This document shows, piece by piece, positions 1-10,270 of a DNA stretch of 64,000 nt. The notes under the pieces are model-generated. The model ran no database searches. It was not told the DNA's origin and saw only the letters and a list, made by a program, of their open reading frames with translations. The position numbers were made by a program, and so were the translations under genes. Source of the DNA: an uncultured Pseudomonadota bacterium (GTDB taxonomy: Bacteria > Oederibacteriota > Muellerivitia > Muellerivitales > Muellerivitaceae); assembly GCA_963836235.1 (NCBI GenBank), contig CAWIIP010000002.1, forward strand, positions 1,344,001 to 1,408,000. Direction: 5' to 3'. The stretch's first letter is position 1. Every line of letters begins with the position of its first letter.

Positions 1-377
1 CCGGAGGAATTAGGGGAATTCGAAGGCGGTGGAGGGGCGCTTCCCAATTGGGCCCGGAGAGCCTGGTCGAAACTTACGAGCTGGGGGTTTTGGGGGTTCA
101 AGGCTAGGGATTTATCGTAGGAAGCCAAAGCATCCGGCTTTTGTCCCATCGCGTATTGGCAGTTGCCGAGGCCCTGATAGGCCGCCGCGTTGTTGGGATC
201 GATCTGAATGGCCGCCTTGTAATAGGAAATCGCCTTGTTGTAGTCCTTCGTGATATAGATCTGGTTGGCATAGCTTAGATATTGGCCGGAAGTGGCTTGG
301 GCATGGACCCGTTGAACAGACAGGGAGGATGAAAAAAGAATAAAAAATAAAATCGTTTTTTAAAACCCACGCTTCAT
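1..377 (-). pseudogene. Secreted TPR-repeat protein, 5' part, with an in-frame TAA at codon 6; runs off the window start
   Basis: GGAGG RBS then ATG AAG CGT GGG TTT TAA AAA ACG ATT. The same frame continues as a signal peptide (KTILFFILFSSSLSVQRVHAQ) and TPR motifs (YNKAISYYKAAIQIDPNNAAAYQGLGNCQYAMGQKPDALASYDKSLALNP). Not in the ORF track. Confidence 0.7.
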
Positions 378-529
378 ACAAGCCTCCATAAATCCAATGG
401 ATAGAATGCCTAAAAGAAATACCATCTCTCGCAAGGCAGTATATCGATTTGCAATAAAACGACAACTCTTGTGCTGAAAGGCTCTTTAAGGAACGGACAA
501 AGTGATAAAGCTTTGTTTTAAAGCCTTTT

Positions 530-1189
530 TCACCGTCGCAAATAGAGGGTCAGGTCCAAATGGTGGTAATGGTCTATCAGGTGGACATGGGGCACTCCCA
601 GTTTCCGTCCCAAAGCCACCAATTGCTTGGGGTCCGCCGTGAACCGGTTGGTTTCCTGGATTCCTGCCTCCGCGTTTAACACGTTGAAGGCAACGGCCTT
701 ACGGGTTTGCCGCAGGACATTGGATAGGATGGCTTTCATATACTTCCAATTATCCCGAACCCTCACATTGAAAACCCCCGATAAGAAGGCGTAATCAAAG
801 GACCCAGGCCTAAAAGGTCGGCCGATCAAAACCCGGTCCTCAAAATGGGCTTCCGGATAAAGCTTGCGGGCCTCCGCAATGACATTCGGGAATAAATCGA
901 CACCCGTGTATTCGGTTTTTATTTTATTCTTTTTTAAATAATCCCAAAAAGCCCCTAACCCGCAGCCCACATCGAGGATTTTCGCGCCGTTCAGTTTTCC
1001 TACTCCCGCCAGGGCTTCAAACCGCACCCTCTGGCTATGGGCGCTATTCCATCCCACCCTTTTTTCCGGGGCCTGGTGTCCGTCCAACTGGTCCCGGTAA
1101 TAACGCTCAAGGGCGGAAAGATCGTTCCGGGAGAAACCCGGAAAGTCTTTCAAGTAAAAATGAAGGGATGGGGATCCGGGCTTTTTCAT
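530..1189 (-). CDS. Class I SAM-dependent methyltransferase
   Basis: ILDVGCGLG motif I, YTGVD, FDYAFLSGVFN. Confidence 0.85.
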   Translation of the reverse strand: MKKPGSPSLHFYLKDFPGFSRNDLSALERYYRDQLDGHQAPEKRVGWNSAHSQRVRFEALAGVGKLNGAKILDVGCGLGAFWDYLKKNKIKTEYTGVDLFPNVIAEARKLYPEAHFEDRVLIGRPFRPGSFDYAFLSGVFNVRVRDNWKYMKAILSNVLRQTRKAVAFNVLNAEAGIQETNRFTADPKQLVALGRKLGVPHVHLIDHYHHLDLTLYLRR

Positions 1190-1210
1190 GAGGCTGCCAT
1201 TCTAACGCCT

Positions 1211-2044
1211 TCAGCTTTTGAGTCCCTGGTAAAACTCAAGGGTCTTTTGGGCCGCTTCCACCAGGACCGCTGGCGGGCGGGTGAAAGGATGAGAGGCGTT
1301 GAACTTGTGGTTGGCCCCGGCCAGGATGGCCAACTGGGCTTGGGGATGCACCGCCGCCAAGCTTTCCGATTCTTCCGGAAGCACGCTGGTATCTTCCGAA
1401 CCATGGACTAGAAGCACTGGTACTTTTAGGTGATACAGATAGGTCGGAACGTCCCCTTCCTTTCCCCACTTCTCCACGTCCTCCAGAAAATGGGTGGAAT
1501 ACTTCAATAACTGTCCGGTTCGGGAGCTTTCAACGGGCGAGAAACCCTGTTTTCGCCAGGCTTGTTTGACGTCGTAGAGGTAGCGGTTCACCCGAGCGAT
1601 GGAGGCCCAGGTGGCGATGCCCCGAACCGAGGGATGATGAGCGGCGGCCAAAAAACAAACGGCCCCGCCCCGGGAATGGCCCCAAAGAAGAACTTCCTTT
1701 TGCGCGGGCAGGTCGGGTTCCATCTTTCCGGCGGTCACGCAGTCAACCACCGAGCGGAGGTCTTCCACCTGTTGGGTGATGGAGTCCTTTTCGAAGGCTT
1801 CCAGGTCCTCGAATGGCCCGTCGGTTTGGGGCCCCATGCCCGAGCCTGAAAAATTGAATCGGACCGCCGGGAATCCCGCTTCCGCTAGAAAACCAGCGAG
1901 CCATGGAAAAAAGGCCCAATCCTTAAAGCCCAAAAAACCGTGGATCATGATCACCGGCGGACCTTGGATTTTTTCAGGGACTGTCAAAGTCCCCCAAATT
2001 TCCAGTTTTTGGGCGCTCTCAAGGCAAAAATCAATGGTCCGCAA
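1211..2044 (-). CDS. Alpha/beta hydrolase
   Basis: HGFLGFKDW, nucleophile GHSRGG, HGSED, GANHKF. Confidence 0.85.
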   Translation of the reverse strand: MRTIDFCLESAQKLEIWGTLTVPEKIQGPPVIMIHGFLGFKDWAFFPWLAGFLAEAGFPAVRFNFSGSGMGPQTDGPFEDLEAFEKDSITQQVEDLRSVVDCVTAGKMEPDLPAQKEVLLWGHSRGGAVCFLAAAHHPSVRGIATWASIARVNRYLYDVKQAWRKQGFSPVESSRTGQLLKYSTHFLEDVEKWGKEGDVPTYLYHLKVPVLLVHGSEDTSVLPEESESLAAVHPQAQLAILAGANHKFNASHPFTRPPAVLVEAAQKTLEFYQGLKS

Positions 2045-2052
2045 AGGAATCT

Positions 2053-2469
2053 CTATTTCTTTTTCAGCAGGTCCCTAATTTCCGTCAGAAGCTCTTCTTC
2101 TTTTGTCGGAGGGGGCGGAGCGGCAGGGGCGGCCTCCGCTTTGCGATGCATGCTATTGATGGCTTTCACCATAAGGAATACCGCGAAGGCAACGATGGTG
2201 AAATCCACTAGGGACTGCATGAAGTTGCCGATGTTGATGGTCACTTCTTGGGCCGCCTTACCCGCCAAATCAATCGCCGGAGCCTTCAGATGGATCTTAA
2301 TGTCGGTGAAATTGATTCCACCGATTAAATATCCCAAAGGCGGCATCAAAACATCCGATACGATGGACGAAACCACTTTCCCGAAGGCCCCCCCGATGAT
2401 GATACCGACCGCCAGGTCAACCATATTTCCCTTCACGGCGAATTCCTTAAACTCTTGCATCATGCCCAT
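2053..2469 (-). CDS. mscL: Large-conductance mechanosensitive channel
   Basis: [30 protein letters not shown] and C-terminal LLTEIRDLL. Confidence 0.97.
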   Translation of the reverse strand: MGMMQEFKEFAVKGNMVDLAVGIIIGGAFGKVVSSIVSDVLMPPLGYLIGGINFTDIKIHLKAPAIDLAGKAAQEVTINIGNFMQSLVDFTIVAFAVFLMVKAINSMHRKAEAAPAAPPPPTKEEELLTEIRDLLKKK

Positions 2470-2499
2470 GACGAACTCCTTTCGAAAGAATCTTTTGTC

Positions 2500-3396
2500 T
2501 TACAAAAGCGAATAGGCGAATCCCAATCCCAGGGTTTCCTTGATTTGAATCCCGTTATAAACCCTGGAGTCGTAACGGAAATCATCTTCCATGTTTAAGC
2601 TGATGATCTTGTTCAGCTTGAAACTCAACAGATTGTCCCATTCCGCCACCGTCAGGCTCAAAGAGCCTCCCGGCCAGAAGGTATCCAACTTGGAATCCAA
2701 ATTGCTGTCGGTAAAAAGCTTGATGTTCAGCTCCGAAACCCAATCCAGTCCCAATTGGGTCAGCTCGCTGGAAGCGAGGCCCGTGCCGGCGTTCACTGAG
2801 TAGGGGATTTCAAACTGGCTGGCCACGGTTTCCTTCACTCCCAAACCGGCCCGGGTATAGAAAAAGGTCGCGGGAGCGTATTTCAAGCCCGCGCTCTCGG
2901 TGAAATAACCGGGGTCCAGGAAGTTCGATATCTCGACCGATGGGGTGGACGAATAGTTGTAACCGGGTCCAAACTGGCTCTGGGCGGAAAAGGAAAGGTA
3001 AGGATTCAATTCCTTCCAGATCTTCCAGGAATAAAGGCTTTCCAAATCAATCGTGTCCGCCGAAATTTGGGTTCCTTGGTTGGCCAAATAGGTCAGCCCG
3101 TATTGAAGCTTGAGGGTGTTGAGCCAGTTGATTCCCGGAGTGTCATTTTCAAACCGGGCGTTTAACCCTGCCTGCCAGGAAATCATGTCGGTTCCTCCCT
3201 GGGCCCAGTTGTTGAAGGAAGCCTGGTTCAGGTTCACGCTGGCGATCACCTGCTTCTTCCAGGTATCGGTGGGCGTGGCCACGGGGCTGGGAGTTAACCC
3301 CGGCGTCGCGGAATCGTCCGCTGTCTTGGCTTCGTCGGCCCAGGCAAAAGACCCGAGTAAAAGCAGCCCTATCAGGGCGAAAAATTGAACTTTCAT
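2500..3396 (-). CDS. DUF3078-like outer-membrane beta-barrel protein
   Basis: Signal peptide from ATG 3396 (GGAGAGG RBS); NLNQASFNNWAQGG; FLDPGYFTESAG; C-terminal QIKETLGLGFAY. Confidence 0.75.
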   Translation of the reverse strand: MKVQFFALIGLLLLGSFAWADEAKTADDSATPGLTPSPVATPTDTWKKQVIASVNLNQASFNNWAQGGTDMISWQAGLNARFENDTPGINWLNTLKLQYGLTYLANQGTQISADTIDLESLYSWKIWKELNPYLSFSAQSQFGPGYNYSSTPSVEISNFLDPGYFTESAGLKYAPATFFYTRAGLGVKETVASQFEIPYSVNAGTGLASSELTQLGLDWVSELNIKLFTDSNLDSKLDTFWPGGSLSLTVAEWDNLLSFKLNKIISLNMEDDFRYDSRVYNGIQIKETLGLGFAYSLL

Positions 3397-3488
3397 TTCC
3401 TCTCCTTGAATCAAAAGTGTTTTCCCCGAAAACGGGAAGGGACATAGTAGTGTCAAAGCCTATCGGCTCAAAGAATATTTTTTAATGA

Positions 3489-5627
3489 TTACTGGGAAGT
3501 AAGTTGTTTTAAGGCCGTCCCGGCATCAGTCGTCGGCAATTGGCACTGGAAATTCCTACAGACGTAAACCGTCGGCTGGCCTTTTTGGCTGGGACGCCCC
3601 TGGGTCCAGGGAACAAGAGAACCGAGGGCGTTTCCCAGGCTGTCTTGGGCGAAGACCATGACCTTGTTGGGCAGGTAGGTTTTCCATAGGAGTTGGATCA
3701 TCTTTTGGGAATCCTCCCGAGGTCCCACCACGAAGATTTCCGCCGGGCCGTAGAAGTCGAATTGGAAAGCCTGCAGCATCTTGCTGAAGTTGGACGCCCC
3801 CCGGGCCAAGAGGCCGGAGAAGGCCTTTAGGATGGCGTCGGCGCGGTCCCGGTATTCCTTTTGCCCAGTGAATTCCGCCAGGCGGTAATCGTTCAGGGCC
3901 GCCACCGAGTTGCCCGAGGGGATGACCCCGTCATAGGCTTCCTTGGTGCGGGTCAAAAGCCGGTGGGCGTCCCTCTGGTCGTTTCCCGTAAAGAAGTATC
4001 CTCCCGCTTGATCGTCCCAAAACAACCTCACCATATCCTTTTCCAATTCGATGGCTTTCTTTAAATAAGCGGGATTGAAGGTGCTTTCATACAAATTTAA
4101 CTGGGCTTCCTGAAAGAAAGCGTAATCGTCGATGTAGCCTTGGACGCTGGAAGGTCCCAGCCGGTAGGAAGCCAAGAGACGCCCGTCCATAAAGAGATTG
4201 CGGCTGATGAAATCCGAAGCTTTCTCGGCGGCCTCCAAATATTGTGGGTCCCCCAAAACCTGATAACCATAAGCCAGGGAGGAGATCATAAGGCTGTTCC
4301 AGGCGGTTAAAATTTTATCATCCAAGTGGGGCCGGATTCGCTTTGAGCGTTCCGCCAAGACCTTCTCCCGAGTGGCTTCCCACCACTTCTCGTCCTTCCC
4401 CAGGGCCTTCAAGGATTTCGGTAGGCTTCCTTTTAAGTGAAGAATATTATGCCTCTCGAAATTGCCCCCTTCCGTCACCCCATAGAGCTTGCAAAAATCA
4501 ACGCCGTCATTCTCGCCCAATATTTTTTTCAGTTCAGCCGGGGTCCAAACGTAAAACTTCCCTTCCACCCCCTCGCTGTCGGCGTCCTCGGCGCTGTAAA
4601 AACCGCCTTCCTTGTCCGTCATGTCCCGGAAAAGGTAGGTGAAAATCTCCCGGGCGATCCGCGCGTATTCCTCTTGGCCCGTCACCTGGTAGGCCTCCAG
4701 GTAGGCCCGGGACAGGAGGGCGTTATCGTAGAGCATCTTCTCGAAATGCGGCACCAACCATTCGTCGTCGGTGGAATAGCGGGAAAAACCCCCGCCCACC
4801 TGGTCGTAGATACCGCCCTGGCCCATCTTGTCCAAGGTCAGTTCCACCATGGGCAAGAGGCTCTTATTTCCTGTTTTCTGGTAAACCCGCAGGAGGAACT
4901 GCAGGGCCATCGAAGGAGGAAATTTGGGCGCGCCCCGAAAACCGCCTTCGCGGGAATCGAACCCTTGTTCCAGATTTTGCAGGGCTTCTTTTAAAACCAC
5001 TTCCGTCAGCGGCCCACCCGAGGTGTCTTTATTAGGGTTATTCAGCATCTCCGCCAGTTGCTTTCCCGCCTTTTCCACCTGGTCGGGCTGGGTTTTCCAG
5101 ACCCGGGCGATATCCTCGAGAACCACAGGGAATCCGGGCCTTCCGTAACGGGCGTCAGGCGCGAAATAGGTGCCGCCGTAAAAGGGTTTCAACTCGGGAG
5201 TCAAAAAGACGTTCAGGGGCCAGCCGCCCTGGCCGGTCAGGGCCATGACCGCATTCATGTAGATCTGGTCCACGTCGGGCCGCTCCTCCCGGTCCACCTT
5301 GATGCAGACGAAATTGGCGTTCATGATTTTAGCGATGGCCTCGTTTTCAAAGCTCTCGTGCTCCATCACGTGGCACCAGTGGCAGGTGGAATAGCCGATG
5401 GAAAGGAAGATGGGCTTGTTTTCTTTCTTGGATTTCTCGAAAGCTTCCTCGCCCCAGGGGTACCAATCCACCGGGTTATGGGCATGTTGGAGGAGGTAAG
5501 GGCTTTTCTCGTGGATCAGCCGGTTGGTGTATTCAAAAGAACCGGCGTTATTTTTGGAATCCATCCACCACCCCGTGCCTAGAATTAGAAGTAGGAAAGT
5601 TAATAAGAAGAGAGACTTGTGCTTCAT
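3489..5627 (-). CDS. Thioredoxin-domain protein, YyaL/SSP411 family
   Basis: [49 protein letters not shown]. Confidence 0.95.
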   Translation of the reverse strand: MKHKSLFLLTFLLLILGTGWWMDSKNNAGSFEYTNRLIHEKSPYLLQHAHNPVDWYPWGEEAFEKSKKENKPIFLSIGYSTCHWCHVMEHESFENEAIAKIMNANFVCIKVDREERPDVDQIYMNAVMALTGQGGWPLNVFLTPELKPFYGGTYFAPDARYGRPGFPVVLEDIARVWKTQPDQVEKAGKQLAEMLNNPNKDTSGGPLTEVVLKEALQNLEQGFDSREGGFRGAPKFPPSMALQFLLRVYQKTGNKSLLPMVELTLDKMGQGGIYDQVGGGFSRYSTDDEWLVPHFEKMLYDNALLSRAYLEAYQVTGQEEYARIAREIFTYLFRDMTDKEGGFYSAEDADSEGVEGKFYVWTPAELKKILGENDGVDFCKLYGVTEGGNFERHNILHLKGSLPKSLKALGKDEKWWEATREKVLAERSKRIRPHLDDKILTAWNSLMISSLAYGYQVLGDPQYLEAAEKASDFISRNLFMDGRLLASYRLGPSSVQGYIDDYAFFQEAQLNLYESTFNPAYLKKAIELEKDMVRLFWDDQAGGYFFTGNDQRDAHRLLTRTKEAYDGVIPSGNSVAALNDYRLAEFTGQKEYRDRADAILKAFSGLLARGASNFSKMLQAFQFDFYGPAEIFVVGPREDSQKMIQLLWKTYLPNKVMVFAQDSLGNALGSLVPWTQGRPSQKGQPTVYVCRNFQCQLPTTDAGTALKQLTSQ

Positions 5628-5725
5628 GAGCCGTCAGCTTGCCGGAAAAACGATTTCGAATCAATGGGGAATAGGAGAAGAAAACAAGCGTGCCTTTTTG
5701 CCGAATAGAGGTATCTTAATGGCCT

Positions 5726-6055
5726 ATGGATTTACTTAATTCCGATAAAGTCCTTATTTCACATTTTCTGGATAAGGGTTGTTTTGACCGGGGATTCCAC
5801 GCCCTGGAAAGGGCCGCGGAACGCGGCATTTCCCTTGATGTTGTGATTGAAGTACTGCACCAGTGGGATGTGCTGGAGCATGAATATGATCGAAGGCCTT
5901 TTCCAACCGTTCTGATCATGGGATGGAACGGTCCACAGCCGATTCATGTCGTGGTGGCCGTGGATGAGGACAGGGACTGGGTCTACATTGTTACCGTATA
6001 TGAGCCGGATTTGGACCACTTCGAACCGGGCTTCCGGGTGAGGAAAAAGCCCTGA
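5726..6055 (+). CDS. DUF4258-like protein
   Basis: HALERAAERGIS...PIHVVV...IVTVYEPD...RVRK pattern. Confidence 0.7.
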   Translation: MDLLNSDKVLISHFLDKGCFDRGFHALERAAERGISLDVVIEVLHQWDVLEHEYDRRPFPTVLIMGWNGPQPIHVVVAVDEDRDWVYIVTVYEPDLDHFEPGFRVRKKP

Positions 6056-6089
6056 AAACAAACGGTATCGGAAAAATTTCTTCCCTTTT

Positions 6090-6440
6090 TTAGTCTGCCA
6101 CCACGTTGGTATCAGCCAACTTATCGTGCCAGGTTTGGGCTTGGGAGTCCCAGAGCATCCAGAGGAAGCCCAGGAAGAAGACCGCGAAAGAAAGCACTTT
6201 GCTGATCGCCCGGATAAAGGCCTTTTGGGCGTCCAAGGGCGACCCGGAAACCGTCACCACACGAAGGCCCATGATCTTTTTCCCCACCGTGTATCCGCCC
6301 CACTGGGAAACCAGGAAGGTTTCATAGGCCACCAGCACCAGCATGAATCCGGGGTGCAATAGAAAGAAGCCCAAGGCCCCAAAAACAACAAAATCGATCA
6401 GCTCAGCCAGGAACCTTTGGGAAAAAGTGGCTTTTTTCAT
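6090..6440 (-). CDS. RDD family membrane protein
   Basis: RFLAELID, TVGKKIMGLRVV, QTWHDKLADT. Confidence 0.9.
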   Translation of the reverse strand: MKKATFSQRFLAELIDFVVFGALGFFLLHPGFMLVLVAYETFLVSQWGGYTVGKKIMGLRVVTVSGSPLDAQKAFIRAISKVLSFAVFFLGFLWMLWDSQAQTWHDKLADTNVVAD

Positions 6441-6991
6441 TTTGTGCTCCTAGATATTTGCCGCAGGGCTTCATATAAAACAATCCCCACCGAAGTAGAG
6501 AGATTGAGGCTTCGGATCGAATCGTCTTTCTGCGGAATACGATACAACTTTTCCTTATACACTTCGTAGAACTTTTTGGGCAGCCCCGCGGTTTCTTTTC
6601 CAAAAATCAGATAGGCGTCTTTAGGAAAGGCGGCGTCCCATAAGGTTTTGGTTCCCTTCGTCGAGAAGAAGAAAAGTGAAACCCTGGGCGGCCCGCTTTT
6701 CATTGAACCACTCTTGGAAATGGAAGCGGGCCATGCCCCACCTTCCTTATGATCGGAGTTTAAATTGGATAGGTGGGGCGATAGGCTTTCCAGGAATTTT
6801 TCCCAGCTGTCATGCCGGTGGAGCTTGACCTTTTCCCAATAATCCAGGCCCGCCCTCTGGACCTGTTGGTTGTCCAGGTGGAACCCCAACCGGCCTACCA
6901 GGTGCAGTTCGGCCCCCGCGCCCAGGCAGGTCCGCCCGATGTTGCCGGTATTCCAGGGTATCTCAGGTTCGATCAGAACGACATGAAACAT
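6437..6991 (-). CDS. trmL: tRNA (cytidine/uridine-34-2'-O)-methyltransferase, with an internal ~30-aa insertion
   Basis: VVLIEPEIPWNTGNIGRTC, RAGLDYW, IFGKETAGLP, RSLNLSTSVGIVLYEALRQ. Confidence 0.92.
   Translation of the reverse strand: MFHVVLIEPEIPWNTGNIGRTCLGAGAELHLVGRLGFHLDNQQVQRAGLDYWEKVKLHRHDSWEKFLESLSPHLSNLNSDHKEGGAWPASISKSGSMKSGPPRVSLFFFSTKGTKTLWDAAFPKDAYLIFGKETAGLPKKFYEVYKEKLYRIPQKDDSIRSLNLSTSVGIVLYEALRQISRSTK
6686..6779. repeat. Double-hairpin palindromic element inserted in frame in trmL
   Basis: GGCCCGCTTTTCATT/AATGGAAGCGGGCC and GCCCCACCTTCC/GGATAGGTGGGGC; coincides with the non-TrmL peptide. Confidence 0.65.
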
Positions 6992-7056
6992 AAAACTCCT
7001 CAGCGAATGGTAGTTAGTCCTTGGCCGTTAGCTTATCGCCAAAAGCTATCGGCTGT

Positions 7057-7647
7057 TTATTGTGGCGGGCCATAGGCCGCGTAAAAGGTGTCGCGGGCGT
7101 GGATCTTGTGGCCCGTGGCCGGGTCCGTGGCGACGGTTTCATTGTGGTCATTCCCGAAAAAGCTGAACGTGCGCCGGTGGAGGCGGGGCGGTTTGCGGCC
7201 CTCGGAGGCGTCGATATAAGTCACGACCATGTCGTGAAAACTCTCTACCACCCCCGTGTGGGTGAAAACATCCTTATCGTCGATGTGCCCGTCATGGTTG
7301 ATGTCGTAGGTCTTGTTGAAGATCAGGATATCCCCCGGCTGGATGTCAGCGGCGCGGGCCCGGCGGGTTTTCTGCTGGGTCAGGTAATAATTCAGGTCAT
7401 AGACCAGGTTGTGGTGGTACCGACGGCGGTTCAAGAAGGCATTCATTGAGGGGGAATGGTAGCAGGCCAACACAAAATGGGAGCAGTCGATTTTCCAGTT
7501 GGAGCGGCTGTGGAGGTATTCCTCCGCGTTGTGGATAGCCTCATCCGGGCTGGCCGCTTGGCCCTTTTCCCCCAGCTCATACCGCCCCGGCGCACACCCG
7601 GCAAAAAAACCAGCCACAATTAAAAAAATAAAAATACTATGAATCAT
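7057..7647 (-). CDS. NlpC/P60- or CHAP-like lipoprotein
   Basis: Lipobox FAGC; DCSHFV catalytic Cys; PGDILIF; HTGVV. Confidence 0.75.
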   Translation of the reverse strand: MIHSIFIFLIVAGFFAGCAPGRYELGEKGQAASPDEAIHNAEEYLHSRSNWKIDCSHFVLACYHSPSMNAFLNRRRYHHNLVYDLNYYLTQQKTRRARAADIQPGDILIFNKTYDINHDGHIDDKDVFTHTGVVESFHDMVVTYIDASEGRKPPRLHRRTFSFFGNDHNETVATDPATGHKIHARDTFYAAYGPPQ

Positions 7648-10214
7648 TTCTTGAATGAACCCCGGTTGCCCTTGGCGATCAGGGCCTGGATGTTAGTGAA
7701 GGCCACGGTCAGGGGCAGGTTGGCCGCAGCCGCCAGGTAGCGCGTGTTCCACTCGGGGCCGAACCTTTCCTTCTCCTTGCGGATATCGGGCAGTTTGGAG
7801 AAATGGGCGTAAGGGGTGAGGATCTCGGCGACCTTGTCCTTGAAAGGCGCCAGGGGGCTCCCCTCCACGTCCAGAGGCGGCGCCGTGCCCAGGTTGAACC
7901 ACTTGAAGCCCTTACCGCTGGCCCAGTCGAAGAGTTCCAATAAAAGATAATCCTCCAGGGCCGCCGGAGCCTCGTGGGAGGACCGCAACAGGTCCACCCC
8001 GATTTCCTCTCCCGAACCACCCTGCATCAGGTTGGCGAAGGCTTCGATTTTTCCTTCCTTGCGCACAATGGCCAGGGGGAAATAGCCCAGATACCTTTCC
8101 TGGAAAAACCCGGCGGAAAATCCCTTCTCGCGGGTTTTGTTCTTGCTCAGCCAGTCCTCGGAAACCTTCTTCAATTCGGGCAGGAGCGGGCCCCAGGATT
8201 TTTCGGGATGAATCTCGAAGGTGTAGTCTTCCTGGTCTTTGAACCGCTGGTAGATGTTTTTTAAGTCCGCCGAGGTTAGGTTTTCCAGGTGAAATCCCTT
8301 CAGCGCCACCCGGGCCTCCTCCCCCGCCTTCATCACCGTCAAACCCATGTCCAGGTAAAGCTGGAAATGCTGCTGGTCCACCAGGTAAAAAAGGGCCCAG
8401 GCGTTTTTGCGGTGGCACATATCCTTGAAACGGATAGCCAGGTCTTCCCTTTCCTTTTCCTCGCCCACCGGGTCGCCCAGCGCGACCCAGCACCTGCCCT
8501 CGATGGCATACATGAGGAAAGCGTCCTCTTTCTTGTTGAAAAGCAAGGCCTTATCCCCCGCCAGAGCCAGGGCCGCCGAGGCCCGCCGTGATTTTTGGAT
8601 GACTTCCAGGGCCCGCCCCAATTCGGCCCCGCCCGGGGTTTCGGTTTCCGGCTGGCTGGGCGACAGGAGATTCAGGATGGAAAAGACCAGCAAAGTGAGG
8701 GTGGCGCCCAAGGTCGAGCGGAGAAACCGGGCCGCGTCTTCCACAATGTCGAAAGTGGTCCAAAGGTCGGAGGAGTAATCCTCATAGCGGTAGTTAAAGA
8801 CCCCCGTCCAAATGGAGCCCAACAGGACGAACAAAACCGCGGTCACCCAGAGGGGCGGATAACGCTGTTGGAAGACGGAATTTCTCCGCGGAAAATACCG
8901 CCCGAAGGGCAAAAGCATGCCGATTACCACCAGGAGGGTGACGGCTTCCTGATAGTCGAAACCCTTGAAGAGGCACCCCAATAGGCCAAACCCCAAAAAG
9001 ATGAGGGTGAAGACATAAGCCGATTGCAGGCGCTGTTGCAGCCCCCGAGCCAGGACCAGCAATCCCGCCGCGACCAACCCCACCAGGAAGTGCGAACTTT
9101 CGATGAAACCCAAAGGCATGAATTCGTTGAGCCAGGTCATCCTCCGGCTGACTTCCGGCATGGCGTTGGAAAAAAGAAGCAGGCTGCCGCTGGCGAAAAT
9201 CAAATAAGAAAAGAAATGGGGCGCGAAGTCGGGCGCGAATCGGTCCAGGATTTGGAGGGCCCGCTTGAAACCTTCCTTGTTCCGGTTGATCTCGTAAAGG
9301 GCGAAGGACGCCATTCCCAGGACGAAGGGGATTAGGTAATAAACCATCCGGAAGGCCAGCATGGCCCCCAGCACGTCGGAAGCCGGCAGGATCGGCGAAA
9401 GCAGTAGCACGACCACCGTCTCTAAGACGCCCAGCCCGCCCGGAACCTGGCTGAGGAACCCAACCATCTGGGCGAGGAGGTAAATGGCAAGAAAAGACGG
9501 AAAGGAAAGGGAATTTTGGGGAAGCAAAAGATAAAGCGCCCCGCCCGAACAGGTCCAATCCAGGCATCCCGCCGCCATCTGGAACAAAGCCAGGCCTACC
9601 GAAGGCGTGGGGAATTGCCACCGGACGATCTTGATGGTTTTCTTGACGAAGACCGCGCTCAGGAGATAGGCCGTGACCACCAGGATGCAAAACAATCCAA
9701 TCGATGCCACCGAGTTGAAGGGCACATGGACCGAAGCTGGAAGCTCGGGGGGTTGGAGGAAGAAAAATATCCCGCCCATGGTGAGGTAACCCACCCAGAA
9801 GGACATACCGCAGATGACCAGCACGTTGGCGGATTCGCCCGCCGTCAGCCCCCAGGCGGAGTAAAGCCGGTAACGGATGCCGCCGCCGGTCAGGAGCGCC
9901 GCCCCGATATTGTGGCTGAAGCTGTAAGCGATGAAGGACGTGAAAGCGATCTTGTAATAGGGAAGGGATTTTTTAATGTGCCTTACCCCGAGCACATCGT
10001 AAAAACCCAGGGCCATGTAACTAAGCAGGGTCATCCCGAAAGCCATGAAAAAATGGCTGAGGGGAATCTGTTTTAGATAGAGAAGGACATCATCGTAGTG
10101 GCTGGCCCGGATTTCCCGGCGCAGCACCCACAAGGCGGCATAGAACAACACCAGCACCGCCAGGATGCTGGCGGTCTGCATAACTTTTTTCCGCGTTTGT
10201 TCAACCTGCTCCAC
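7644..10214 (-). CDS. mprF: Bifunctional lysylphosphatidylglycerol flippase/synthetase
   Basis: Multi-TM N-terminus with GGGIRYRLYS and VPGGLGVLE; C-terminal WVALGDPVG, EKGFS, WFNLGTAP. Confidence 0.9.
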   Translation of the reverse strand: MEQVEQTRKKVMQTASILAVLVLFYAALWVLRREIRASHYDDVLLYLKQIPLSHFFMAFGMTLLSYMALGFYDVLGVRHIKKSLPYYKIAFTSFIAYSFSHNIGAALLTGGGIRYRLYSAWGLTAGESANVLVICGMSFWVGYLTMGGIFFFLQPPELPASVHVPFNSVASIGLFCILVVTAYLLSAVFVKKTIKIVRWQFPTPSVGLALFQMAAGCLDWTCSGGALYLLLPQNSLSFPSFLAIYLLAQMVGFLSQVPGGLGVLETVVVLLLSPILPASDVLGAMLAFRMVYYLIPFVLGMASFALYEINRNKEGFKRALQILDRFAPDFAPHFFSYLIFASGSLLLFSNAMPEVSRRMTWLNEFMPLGFIESSHFLVGLVAAGLLVLARGLQQRLQSAYVFTLIFLGFGLLGCLFKGFDYQEAVTLLVVIGMLLPFGRYFPRRNSVFQQRYPPLWVTAVLFVLLGSIWTGVFNYRYEDYSSDLWTTFDIVEDAARFLRSTLGATLTLLVFSILNLLSPSQPETETPGGAELGRALEVIQKSRRASAALALAGDKALLFNKKEDAFLMYAIEGRCWVALGDPVGEEKEREDLAIRFKDMCHRKNAWALFYLVDQQHFQLYLDMGLTVMKAGEEARVALKGFHLENLTSADLKNIYQRFKDQEDYTFEIHPEKSWGPLLPELKKVSEDWLSKNKTREKGFSAGFFQERYLGYFPLAIVRKEGKIEAFANLMQGGSGEEIGVDLLRSSHEAPAALEDYLLLELFDWASGKGFKWFNLGTAPPLDVEGSPLAPFKDKVAEILTPYAHFSKLPDIRKEKERFGPEWNTRYLAAAANLPLTVAFTNIQALIAKGNRGSFKK

Positions 10215-10270
10215 AGAATTTCCTTAATGACTTAGCTAATAGCCATCAGCTGCCAGCTAATGGCCGATTT

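Noticed and set aside
360-362. Stop-codon reassignment explaining the in-frame TAA
   Set aside because: TAA terminates many well-recognised genes here (leuC, leuD, the integrase, the S9 peptidase).
112-465. 117-aa minus-strand ORF in the track
   Set aside because: Out-of-frame overlap with the recognisable TPR frame.
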